A DNA stretch of 64,000 nucleotides from Vitrella brassicaformis CCMP3155 (lineage: Eukaryota; Protista; Chromerida), in contig CDMY01000273.1 in assembly GCA_001179505.1 (NCBI GenBank), forward strand, positions 1 through 64,000. Direction: 5' to 3'. The translations under genes were made by a program, and so were the position numbers. Under the pieces are notes generated by a model. That model ran no database searches and was not told the origin of the DNA. It saw only the letters and a program-made list of their open reading frames with translations. Positions 38,106-50,162 of the stretch are shown piece after piece. Within the stretch, counting starts at the first letter, position 1. Each line of letters opens with the position of its first letter.

Positions 38106-41100
38106 CTAAGCTACCCCACCCCTGTCGGTCTGTCGCACTGCGCCGAGTGAGTCCGCCACGTTGCGGAGGCACCGAAGAGACAGACACCTGCACACACATA
38201 GGCACCGCACACAGCCGGCCGAGATATCTATCTACCGCAAGTGACGGTCGTGTGGGTGTGGTTTAGTGGGTTCCACTACTTAAGTACTTACTTACCTGAG
38301 TGTGAAGGGGAGACAGCAATACACACAGCTCATCAGGATGATCTCCAAACGACACAGATCCGCTGCACTCGTGCAGTGCACGCCACACACACACACAACG
38401 TTGACCTTCCACTTCATGTGAATGCAGTGCGTCCTCCCTTGCCGTTTGACCGACTGAGTGACAGGCTTACATGGATAGGCGCTGGAGGTCCTGCCTTGCG
38501 CCTGACACAGACAGACAGAGACACACAGACAGACCCCAACGACTGACTGACCCCGATCTCCCGTCTGTCTCCCTCTCCCCTCTGCGTCTGTCTGTCTGCA
38601 TGGTCCCTCCCTCCCTCCTCCCTGCCATCCCATCATTATTATCATTTACCAGAACGGACGTCAGCCTCCTGAACACCGCCCGTCGCACAGCGGCACCACT
38701 GGCCTCCCATGAAGAGTCACTCTGACCATCATGGCCCAGAGCATTGCCATCGTTGTCGTGGACCAGCGGGGCCGGTGAGTGTGAGTGGTGGTACAGTGAC
38801 AGCGAGTACGCCCAGTGCAGCGCATTGGAGGCCGACAGGAGGCGGAAATTGTCACCGCTCGACTGCACAGACAGCACATGGACACAGACATCGCATCGCA
38901 TCGCATACACTGTGTGTGTCATTCATTCCATTCATTGTGTACTCGCTGCGCTCACCAGTGTGTCGGCGACTCGCTGCAGCAGGGGTCCCAGTTTCAACCG
39001 CCCCTCACCACTACCACCGTCACCACTACCGCCGCCCTGCCAGGTGGCACCTCCCATGCCTCTGAGTTCCAGCACGGCCACGTACCACCGCACACTGGCG
39101 TCCAGCGCAGACGGGGAGAGGGTGGCCTGCGACCGAGCATCGTCGGTGAGGCGGTCCACCAGCATTGACAGGAAGCCTTCGCTCATCAGACCCACACGCT
39201 GATATACCGATCACTCAACGGCGGAGAAAGAGAGTGGTGTGTGTGTTGTGTTGTGTTGTGTTGTCTCGTCTCGTCTCGTCTGGTAGTGTCAGTCACCTTT
39301 GTGAATGACGAGAGGAGGAAGGCCACATCGACCGGCTGCAGCTCAGTCACCCGCTGGGCAAACAGCTGCTGGCACGCCTGACGAGAAGGGGACCCTTGGT
39401 TCAGTCAGTGTGCTTCCTGCCCCACCCCCCACCCTCCCACTCCCACCCTCCCACTTACCATGCAGACGTCATCGCTTCTCGGCGACCGCACCGAAGTGAA
39501 AGCCTCAGCCACCAGACACAGCTCCTTTACCTACACACACACACACATCGACGAACACGCATGTGTGACCGACCGCCCCACTCACCGAGTAATCCGCCAG
39601 CGGCAACACAGCTTGTGTCGCCCCCCGTCGTCTCACGGTCCAGCCATCCCCAGCACCACCAGCAGCAGTAGTAGTTACGGCAACAGGTGTGGTGAGGTGG
39701 GCGGCCAACCAGTCCATGAGCGGCAGTGACGGCAGTTCGTGCACTTGGCCTTCCTCGATGTCCTGCCACTTCCTCAGCTCGTGTCGGGACTTGCGGGCGT
39801 GTGCCTGCTCGGCCTTCTGGTGCAGCTTGGCCAGGCCGTTGGTGAACGACGACACCTCCTGCGGCATCCACTGGGCCACAGGGGGGACCTGGGGATGCTC
39901 CATGACCAGACGACACAGTGCCTGGAGCCAAATCAATACACACACACACACACACACACACAGAGAAAAAGAGAGAAGTGTGTGTGTGTGTGTGTGTACC
40001 GGCCTTATGTGTGTTGTGTCAACCTACTTTGGTGATGGCAGGGAGCTGTTCCTCGAGCAGTGAGTGGTCCCGGTGTTTGGCGAGTGTGGAGCACCAGATG
40101 GAGAGGTGGTGCGGCCGCACCACCAGCCCGCCCTCCAGCAGCGCCAAGATCCGCGGCACCAGCCGCACCACCACCTCCCTCATGTCAAAACCACAACCAC
40201 CTCCCTGGGCTGTGCTCTCCCTTGCATCTGCTCCAGACCGGTCCTCATCGGCCAATTCCCTTGTGTCACTTGGAGGCTTGTCACGCGTCGTGGTAATCGG
40301 CAGGTCATCGAGCAGGAGGCCCCGCGGGCTTGGCAGCCCACCTGAGGCGCATCCCGTCCCTCTCTCCCTCGCCACGCCTCCCCTCCGTCTCGCCGACGGC
40401 CTCATGTGCACGATCGAGTCTTCTGAGGTCTTTAGATCCGTCGCTGTCTCTGTTTGCTGGGAAAGGACCTCATCTCCTCCGTCATGACGTGATGCCATCG
40501 TGGTGGTGGTGTCACCAACAGGGGACTGTTGGGGCTGCTCGTCAAGAGGGTGTACTGGCGGTGGGGACGGGACCTGCCGGCCGCGTAGGAGTGGCTCCAG
40601 CTGGCCCAGATGCAAGAACAGCATAGCCATGTGTGACGCCTCCAGCTGAGAGGGGTTGGCCAGCAGCCGGCCCTTGCACTCGTGGACCAGCTGCACCACT
40701 GTGTCGTGCTGAACCAGCCACTCAGCTGATAACCCATCGATATCGAGCTGAGCAAGCCGCGCGAGAGACGCCAGGAGGCTGCAGTGGCTGCTGGAGGTCA
40801 TGCCCTCCATGCGGGATGACAGGGCGGGGAGGAGGTGGTCCGTGATGAGCGCCTGGGACCGTCTGAGAGCCAGCCGCTTCCTCTCCAGTGGGCTGGCGTC
40901 CGTCCACTTATCATCATCATTCTCTCGCGTCTTTTTCCCCTCTGTCTTGCCCTCCAGCCGGCGTGTGTCGCTCAGAACCGCAGGCAGCCCCAGCTTGCTG
41001 AAAGCATCCAGGTACTGCACCACATCCTGGCAGTTCCAATCCCGCCCCCTCAGCATCGCCGGCACGCTCTCGATCGTCCTGCGGAAGAACTGCCGATGCG

Positions 41101-41842
41101 CATACTGCAGCTGGACCATGGCGCGGCACACGGCAGCGATGTCCATCGGCCGGTAGGCGTCCATGTGGCTCGTGGCGTGTGTCAGCAGCGCGGGCAGCAG
41201 CAGGTTGGACCGATAGTCGAGGCGCACACACAGCTGCAGAAGCCTCACGAGGGCCTTGGGCGAGAGCCTGCTGAGGTGCCGGGGGTTGGCGAGGTGGGGC
41301 GCCCATCCCTCGAGCGCCCGCGAGATCTCCCCGCACATATCCATGCCGTCGACCCCTCCGAACTCGGCCAGATGGAGCATAGTGGCGCTGAGAGATGAAA
41401 CGTCCTCGCGAAACATGTCGCTGGCCGGCGAGCAGGGGTCGATGGCGGCCATCACGCCCCGCTGCGTGCCTTCGTGTCGACACCTGAGCGCCCTCAGGCT
41501 CTCAACCAGGCTGCACAGCTGCTTGCTGCTGAACTGCTGCAGCCGCGATGGTACGTCCACCTTGTCTAAACACGCCTTGACGACCTGCATACCCAGCTGG
41601 TTGGACCGCGCCACCGACCGCAGGAAGGAACAGATCTGGCTGGGCGTTTCGGTGCCGCTGAGCAGTGAGGTGATGCCGACGAGCTGGCTCGACACCTGGG
41701 GAGGGCCCTTCTGCCGATGTTTCCACAGCACAGCCGGGAGCCGCTTGGGTGTGGGAGGCAGAGTGGGCTCCGGCAGGGCGGACAGATGCCGCAGTGGCAT
41801 CGACCGGGGAGCAGCTTGTTTCGCAAGGGACGTCATGATCAA
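38106..41842 (-). CDS. Helical-repeat protein resembling HPR/OPR/FASTK organellar RNA-binding proteins; basic N-terminal extension
   Basis: The 607-aa first exon and later exons contain repeats such as FSSKQLCSLVESLRAL, YRPMDIAAVCRAMVQLQY, WNCQDVVQYLDAFSKLG, WMPQEVSSFTNGLAKL and LQPVDVAFLLSSFTK. A phase-consistent exon chain can be traced to a TAG at 38106-38108. No RAP domain was recognised. Confidence 0.6.
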
Positions 41843-42187
41843 CTCATGCGTCGTCTTTCCATCTGTGTCGCGAGCTCAAGCTCCCGCCTCTCAAAAGACC
41901 CCCAACGCCCCCCCGCCTTTTCCCGGCCTTCTCTCGCCAGTTTCTTCCCGTGAATGTGTAGGTGACCACACTGAGGAGCGGTTCAGCGCGTTGAATGGCA
42001 AAAAGAATTTGCCGGATTCACGCAAAGCAGCAATTCGATCCTCACTCGATCGGAAGTAAAATCTTCCCTGTCCGACCTTAGGCTTGAGTCCCACGCGCAT
42101 GAGGGCTTCGTGCTGGCAGTGCACAACCGCATACAGTTGAAAGGACTGTCGGCTTCCCGCAAATTTTGCGAGCTCCTACGACAACCC

Positions 42188-42196
42188 AAACCCTAA
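42188..42196 (+). promoter_or_regulatory. Telo-box-like AAACCCTAA in a bidirectional promoter
   Basis: Exact AAACCCTAA about 100 bp upstream of the WDR48 ATG, with a further AAACCC at ~42202. Function is inferred by analogy with plant telo-boxes. Confidence 0.35.
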
Positions 42197-42293
42197 GCTC
42201 CAAACCCGGCGAGGGGCGAGGCCACTTCTTTCACGAGAATCAAGATGAAAACAGATCTCTGTCTTTGACGAGGAAAACCTGTGAACAATCTCG

Positions 42294-45200
42294 ATGTCTG
42301 GCCGTCGGTCAGCGCCTGCAACGGGTGCGCACGAGAGCGTGTCGTTTATCCTGGCAGCATCGACGGCCCGGCCGTGTCACTGCAACGCCGTGACCAAGAT
42401 CCTCAGTGACCCCGATGGATCAAACCATCTGCTCACTGCATCCAGGGGTGAGCAGACAGACAGACAGGCAGGCAGACAGATCTGCGTCTGTCCATTGACC
42501 AATGTGATGTGTGTTGGATGGTGGCCCACGTCAGATTCGACGATTCGGTATTGGTCTTTGGGTGACAGTGAGGCGACCAATCAGTATGTGCTGATGGAGC
42601 ACTCACACTGGTACGAAAGCTGACTGACAGACCCGGCTATGCATAGTCTCGTGGCGTTTGCTTGTTTGGCTGCAGGGTCAACGATGCCGTCATCGTGCCC
42701 TCATACCGCAAAGGTCAGAAAGAGATATCGAAGAATGTCGATTTAATCACATCCGTAGTCCGTCAGGCAGGCACCCAGCAATGTTTTGTCCTTCTGCCTG
42801 CCTGCCTGCCTGCCTGTGTGTATCAGTGATATCGTGTTCAAGCGACAAGCTGATCAAGGTGTGGGACTTACCCAACGTGCGTGACGTCAAAGACCTCCAA
42901 CCGGAGGACCGCACCCCCACCCCCACCCCCTCCTCACGACTCCACCCCCCACACACACACCAAGACAGCCACAACAATGGCGCCGCACCGACTGTCCCTT
43001 ATTCCACCTTCTTCCCGCCCTCCCCTCCCGCCCGGCCGCTGGGGGGGCTGCCGAGGGCCTCGCCTCTGGCCGTCCCGCCATGTCTGCCCGCCATCGGCAC
43101 CATGGCGTTCCATCGCGACTATGTGCAGGCACTCGGGTATGCCTACGACGTGAATCTGCTGGCGTCTGTCGGCCTGGATGGCAAGGTCTGCCTTGCCGAC
43201 GTGACAGTCGCGGTACCGTCGTTCACGATCCCCCCACTGCCGCTGGATCCGACGCCGTCGACGCCTCTGGGGGGGCTGTACCCCACCACGCCCTCATCGC
43301 TGCCCGCACGAACCCCGCAGTCCGCCAGTCAGCGAGTGCCGAAGGAGTCCGCTGTGCGAAGGGTATCAGAGGGGCCCGGCAGGATACACGCAAGGCCTGG
43401 TAGGTACACAGAATGATGAGGAAGAAGCGGCTGGTTAATGGGTCGACATGATGGGTTGATGGACTGCAGCTGGGCGTGTGTGTGTTGCTTGCAGGCGATG
43501 ACGGTCCGGCTGTGATATCGCCGTCGCATGATGATGTGGTGGGCAGGAGGGCTGCTGCCGGTGGCGGCGGCGTTGTGGGTGTGGGTGTGGGCGTGGGCGT
43601 GGGTGGGGGGTCTTCATCGTCCTCTGCTTGTTCGTCCAAGAGGCACACTTTGGGGCGGTTTTCGTCTTCTGGGATGTACATACCCGACTCAGAAGTATGG
43701 AAACACTCCATCTGGTACAGGCCAAGGACAAACCACGGCACGGCAGCCACCCCCTCATATATTGATGCTGGCTGGCTGATGCGGGGGTGAGTGGCTTCAG
43801 GTGTCTGGCCATCAATCGCCGGGGGTCCGTTCTTGTCTGCGGCACACAGGCCGCAGTGAGAAACAACAGCATAGAGGAATGAACATGGGACGCATCTGAC
43901 AGGGCTGATGTGTGCGTGTGTGTGTGCAGAACTTGGTAGGTTGGGATTTGCGTGCGGGTCAGGTGAGCTTCAAGCTCAAGGGTCACACGGACAACGTGCG
44001 GCAAGTGCTCCTCAGCGAAGACTCGACGCTGGCGGTGACGGGCGGGTCTGACCGTCTCCTCAAGGTGTGGGACCTGCGGACCAAGAAAGTCCTCCACACC
44101 ATCACCTCACACACAGACTCGGTGAGCGGATGGCGATGGTGAGGGTGGGTGGTGTGAACAGACATGGATGCGCCAAAGGCACCTTCCTATGGGTGTTTGT
44201 GTCGTCTGTGTATACTAGATCTGGGCTCTGTGGGGCAAGCTGCACAGCCACCCATGGATGTGAGCAAGCCAAGCAGACCAGGCAGTTAGCCACTTTCGTT
44301 GCCCCTACACCCATCCTTGCCTGTGTGTGTATCCCATCTGTCCGGCAGTTATTCCGGTGGCCGCGACGGCCGTCTGTTTGCCCACCATATGAGCAAGAGG
44401 GAGTCGCACCTCATCGGCCTCCACGACTCGCCCATCCTCACCGTCACCGGCCCATCGATGCCACCCGATGGCACCAGCACCAACAGCACCAGCACCAACA
44501 GCACCAGCACCAGCAGCAGCAGCAGCAGGGTGGGGGCGGTCTGGTGCTCCACGATGGACTCGAGCGTCCATCGCTGGGTACGTCAGTCACATGACGGCAG
44601 CATAGCATTACACACACCAGGCACGGTAACATGTCTGTATATGTGCCAGCCACACGTGCCGTCATCTCCTGTGGTGGTGCCCTTCAACCCCCGGCAGGCG
44701 TCCGCCAACAACCTGCAGACATACGACTATGATGTACGTGACGTGAGCCAGGGAGGGAGGGAGCTGAGCTAAGCATTCCACACACAATTGTTGTGTGTGC
44801 TGATTTGATTTCTTCTTTCGCAGGAGGCCGAGGTGCAGCAGCAGCTGAAGCCATCCTACTCCATCGGTGGAGTCCCCCGTCTGGTGTGCCAGCGTGTGCT
44901 GCACAACCAGCGGCTGATCCTCACCCGCGACCTCGACAAGAGAGTGGCGCTGTGGGACGTCATGCAGGGCGCTAAGATCAACGAGTTCGGACAGGAGGAG
45001 GACTTCGACAAAAAGGTAAGTTGAGTGGGGGTGAGGGAGGGATGTCATGTCACCGCATCGGTATCTATCGACACTACTCAGTTTCTCCGTCTTTGGTGCG
45101 TTTGTCAGTATGAGGAGCTTGATTCAATGGTTTCGGTGCCCCAGTGGTTCTCCGCTGATGTGGCTCTCGGGGTGGGTGAGCTCCACGAGAGAGAATATGA

Positions 45201-46685
45201 GGGTGGCGGAGAAATGCGGCGTGGCTGCACCTGTCTGTCTATCAGGCGCTGCGCATCGAGTTGGACGAGCGTCGGGCCTTCTGTGCAGAGGTTTACGCAT
45301 CTGACCTGGGGCTCGGGTCGGCCGACGTCGAACTCAAACGTCAACACACACACACACACACACACGGGCAGACAGACAGCCACACACACACACAGACACA
45401 GAGGGAGAGAGCGTGTGTGTGCCGTGTTTCCATCTCTCTCTATGGACCTATTTCTGTTTGCCAATGTAATCTGTCTCTCTGGATGCAATGCAGTCAACCT
45501 CGGTCAGCGTGCCCTGTGTCACCTCTTCGCCCGCTGGTCGAGGTCCACCGGCATCCGCACAGAGGCAACCACAGCAGACGGCATCACGCACGGCGGCATC
45601 TCGCCCTCCAAGTTCTACAACGCCGCGCGACAAAGCGGCACGCCAGCAGCAGGGGGGGTGACGGTGGCTGACGGCGGGAGCAACGCGCCAGACCTGACGA
45701 TTCTCGCGCTGTCTGGTGAGACGCCCCCCGTGGCTGACGAGAGGGGGAGCAGCGGCCACGGCCAGGGTGGGCGAGAGGGGATCGCGCGGAAGCACTCGGG
45801 CGACGGGAGGCTGGGGCACTCCATCAAGCCGCCGCTCGTCAAGTGAGCTCTCGGCTGCGAGCAGATAGATGGGTGGGTGGAAGGGAATGAGGCGAGACGA
45901 TGGGCGTGTGTGTGTGAATGGTTGGCAGGTATGTGGGTTTGTATGACGGGGGTGAGAGCGAGAAGCGGCTACCGCCATGGGTATTCGACTGCGTCTGGAA
46001 GGTGAGTGCGTGAGAACCACAACAACCCCAACGGATCTTACAGTACATTCATCCATCCGTCTCTTCGCGTGTGTCCCTGCCTGCCTGCCTGCCTGCCTGC
46101 CCCCCGACAGGGCCACACGCCCCCGCCGCCTCCCTCCCTCGTCTACTTCACCCTCAGGCCGCGAGAGGGCTCACAGCTGCCAGCACTGCAGACGTGAGCA
46201 AGACAAGACACCACTACCTAACCTACCACACACAAGTAGTTGACCTGGTGTGTGATGCCATCGTCTGTCTATCTCTGTTGGCTCCCACCCACCCCAGGAC
46301 ACACAAGCTCAGCGCCCCTGCGATCGTGAGGCTGCGAAAGGTCCGCACCTACGTGGTCGAGCGGCTTCGCAACGACCTGACCAAGCTGCAGCAGCAGGGC
46401 GATAAGGGTGCTGGTGGTGCGGCCAAGAGGGGCGGGCCGTCAGAGAGGGAGGAGCGGAGGGCGAGCACTGGTCCGCTGGAGGAGTTGGTGCGGCTGGCGT
46501 GCAAGGGGAGGATACTCAGCGCCGACATGAACCTGGCCACCGTCAAGGACTTCATCTGCAAGTCCCGCACCGACGTCGAAATCACGTACACTCGGATCTG
46601 TGGAGTGAGGCCTGCGGACATTCACCCATATTCTCCTTCGTGTGTATGGATGGTATGCCTTGGTCAGGTATCACTCGGTGTTTGA
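42294..46685 (+). CDS. WDR48: WD40-repeat protein 48 / UAF1 (USP1/12/46 activator) with low-complexity insertions
   Basis: Motifs match WDR48 in order: LLTASR|DSTIRYW, HSHW|VND, SCSSDKLIKVWD, HRDYVQALGYA, KLKGHTDNV, YSGGRDG, ILTRD..VALWDV, VSVPQWFSAD..LRIELDE, NLGQRAL, and C-terminal RLRKVRTYV..DMNLATVKDFI. The 3' end is approximate. Confidence 0.9.
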
Positions 46686-47115
46686 CGCCGACGAGACGAG
46701 CGGGTCCATGACACCATCCTTCCTACCGCTGCAGCGAAAACCGGCAGGCGAGCCTCGCGGAAAGGCCGACCCGCCGCAAGTATAGCCTAGCCTGTCTGAT
46801 TATTGACTGATGTCTGGATGGATGGATGGATGACTGTACGAGTTGCAATGCGTGTGAAGAGCGTTGTGTGGCGGTGCGGTCGGTTGTTGTTGAGAGACGT
46901 CAAGACGAGAGACTGGCCCGTTCGGTCCGGGTATGTGTGCATGCATTTGCATGCAGACGCTGTTCGTGCTGAAGGCCGTGCATCGGTCTGTCTGAGAGAG
47001 ACCCATTGCACGCGCAAACGTGCAGTCCACTCCACTCACCCATGCATGCAGCCTAGTCTGCCTTCTCTCTCCCCCTCCCTCCCTCCCTCCCTCCCAACAC
47101 ACTGACTGATATGGA

Positions 47116-47558
47116 TCAGTAGTCGACGGGCTCGTCGATGTCAGTGTCGCACGCCGAGTCCTCATCGGCATATTTCTCCTCGTCGGCCCAGTGCACGTCG
47201 GCCGTCTTGGGGTAAGCGAAGAAGACCTCTGACTCGGTAATGCCCCAGCGCTTCTTGATGTGGCGCAGACGGCCCTAACACACACACACACACACACGGG
47301 GTGGAATGGATGGTGGTGTGGCTTCAAATGAGGCGGTAAGGGCGGTCGGTCTTACGAATGCCTTTTTGACTTCATGCATACGCGGGAACTCCATGAAGAA
47401 CATCCTGCATCGCATCGATGAGAAGCAGCTCACACGTCGGACCGACGTAATACTCAGGTGGGTGCATTTACTCCATCAGGCACTCACTCACCCGATTCTG
47501 TGCTCGCCGATCGAGTGGCCCGTCACTCGCTGGGGGTACTGCAACACATGGAGCCGTG

Positions 47559-47594
<36 letters not shown>

Positions 47595-49257
47595 CAGCCA
47601 ATCAGCCACACGGCAATGAGGGAGTGTATGGTGTGCATGTGCGTGTGTGTGAAGGAAGCTGTTCCGTCATTCATTCGCCCACGAATGAGATTTCGTTCAT
47701 CATGGCGGTGAAGTCCTCTTCACTCATGTCGTGGTGCCAGCCCGTCGTCACAATCTACCACCCGATCCATCCATCCATCACACAGAATCATATCTACTAC
47801 AACGGAGCCTGGGTGTGGTGTGGTGTGCCTTCCTCCCTCCCTCCGCCTCTCACCTGGTACTTGGACCTTGAGGGCACAAAGTCGAGGTTTGGGTGTGAGA
47901 GGAAGACGCTCGACCGCCGGGCCCAGATGAAGGAACACCCAAACAGAGTGCCGTACTGCACCCTCTTGGGCACGGCCGTCTCCTGCATGCCATAGCCACA
48001 GCACACAAAGGTAAATAACACGTTGCTGTGCTGTGCTCTGTGTGTGGACAGACAGACGGGTGTGTCTTGGCTGTCTACCTGACCTGTATGTGGTGTATGA
48101 CTTGGTTGGCGGCTCGCTCCGTCGGGCACACCACCCACGCCATATCAGACTGCTGACCGTGACGCTTGAACCGAAACACGATGTCCTGCGGAGCCTGCAT
48201 CAAGACACACAGACACAAACACGCATGGCATGACGAACCATCCTTCTTCTATCTCTCGCCCACGCGCAGCGCACAGCCCATACCAGATCGACGTTCGCGT
48301 GTTTCTTGATGAAGTAGGCGAGATCGAGCCGGCCGTAGCTGGTGGGCAGCTCTGTGATGGTCACGGTGCGACGGAAGTTCTCTGGCCGCGCCAAGAACCG
48401 CAGATCCTCAGACAGACGCACATAACGCTCACACCTGAACGGACAGATCAGTCACAAATATGCACTGCACTGTGCATATATCGCTCCCTCCCTTACTGCT
48501 CGACAAATGCCTGGACATCGTATTTGTCCATGATCTTGACGCGAGTGCCCCTGGGCAGATGGCGCAGGAAGTCCTCACTGGCCGTCCCGCCCAGCGGCTC
48601 CTCACAGGCCACCATGGCCCGGCCTGTGGGGCGTCCGAGTCGAGACCGCATTATCAACACATCGTTGGCATCGACAGGCAGGCCCTCCTCCCTGCACGCC
48701 CTCACGATGGCTTCGGCGGTGCACGACTCGGGCGGCAGGTACTCGATGAGCAGACCCTCCTGACGCTCGAGCATCGGGCTGCAAACAGCCACAGCAAAGA
48801 AGCGAAGCAGGGGTCGTCATGTGTGCCACGTGTGCCGTGTGCTTGTTTCTTCTGTGAGGCTTACACAGTGTCGTCTGATGCACGGGCGATGATGCCGCTC
48901 GGAAAATGCCGAACTGACAGATCTGCAGCGAAAGCTTAACTCACGGAAGGGCATACAAGATGGAATGCATCGTCCTCCTCTACCTCTTGACGCATCGTCC
49001 ATCCGCCTGAACGGGTTCAATGCCGTGCGGTGTGGTGGCGCAAAGGCGGCGTGGTGGGTCATAGATCTCCTTCGCAGATGGACGCCCCGTGATGCAGCGC
49101 TCGCACCGAGCTCGCCAGCATTGTTGCTTCTGGACACGAGGGCAGCTGGCACAGGCCGCACTGCAGCAGCTGGTCCGTCAGAACGGAGTGAAGGCGAGAT
49201 GAGTCGAGATGAGGGCCTCTTCTTGAAAGGCAAGGGAGGCGGCCGAATCATCCGCAA
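47116..49257 (-). CDS. Multi-exon protein with quasi-RRM-like domains and an Arg/Ser-rich N-terminus (possibly organellar RNA-binding)
   Basis: Phase-consistent exons give LLIEYLPPESCTAEAI..SRLGRPTGRAMVAC, RTVTITELPTSYGRLDL..FRFKRHGQQSDMAWVVCPTERAANQVI and IVTTGWHHDMSEEDF..GMFFMEFPRMHEVKKAF. These resemble RNP2/RNP1 strands of hnRNP F/H-type qRRMs. It ends DEPVDY-TGA. Confidence 0.6.
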
Positions 49258-49460
49258 AGCTCTTCGGTTGTGGGTTTTGCGAATCGAAAGTCGCGAGCTA
49301 CAGCTCGCAGTTGTGGGGGCGTCTCGCGTTTTGGTTGATTAGAGCGGTTGTCGGGGCTTCAGCATGCTCCAGGGTAGCCTCGACTGTCAGAACGTTCTGT
49401 TGAAGCCTCTCATTGCAAACCTTAAGGCAGCCGGCGCCAGTTCCTGAGTTAGCGTTCCCC

Positions 49461-50141
49461 ATGGGCCTGGCGGCGTCTTGCTGCGGCAAGAACCGCAAGG
49501 AGCATGACGCCAGGTGACAGCCAACAGGCACCCCCTTGCCGCACGCGCTTACCCTGCCACATTTTGCAATGATGCGGCCTTGCCTTCCGATGGAGTTGCC
49601 TCTTCTGCATGCACCGCCCGTCTTGTCTATCTAATGTGTGAGTGTGTGCAGGCCCACGTTTGAGGTTGGGAGTCCCGCGCCATCTCCCCGTGGTGCATGT
49701 GATGACGGCACCTCGTCTGTCGAGTCGCCCTACTACGATTTTGTTTTGGACGTCGTTTCTGATCTCGACGAAGATGAAGTCTGCAGCGTGAGTCTCAGAA
49801 AGAGGAAGCACAGCCATGAGCTCTCTTTGCCCATCCATCATTTGAGATTGGTTGTCAGCGTCAGTGCTGTTTTGAGGAGTGCTGGAGCTCCCGGGAGAGA
49901 GACGGCAGCCGCACGCACCCCCGTGACCTGTTGGAGGCATCCAAAGAGTGTCTCGAGGTGAGGTGTGTGACACAGACACGGAGGCAATAAATTAACCCGA
50001 CAGCCGTTTGCCATCTAATCTACGTGTGTCCGTTGCATTCAGCAGCATGAGTCTCGCATTGCCACTCCAGAGACACTCCTCCCCACTGCCCGAGACAGCG
50101 CCACCTCAGCCGCCCACCAGATCGCATCTTCGTCCGCCTGA
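49461..50141 (+). CDS. Spliced ORF (~128 aa, 4 exons) starting MGLAASCCGK (dual-acylation motif) and ending at a TGA in frame with the next ORF
   Basis: Exons 49461-49513, 49652-49787, 49859-49957 and 50043-50141 are phase-compatible with GT-AG ends. Confidence 0.5.
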
Positions 50142-50162
50142 CAGCACTCCACCAAGAGGACG

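Noticed and set aside
37700-39460. G-quadruplex-like G tracts (37705-37730 and minus strand 39420-39455)
   Set aside because: G/C-run low complexity is common throughout introns and UTRs here, with no sign of specificity.
7918-49257. Functional cluster of mitochondrial gene-expression genes (MRPS6, HPR-like, qRRM-like)
   Set aside because: They are spread over 41 kb with unrelated genes between them, and two of the three localisations are speculative.
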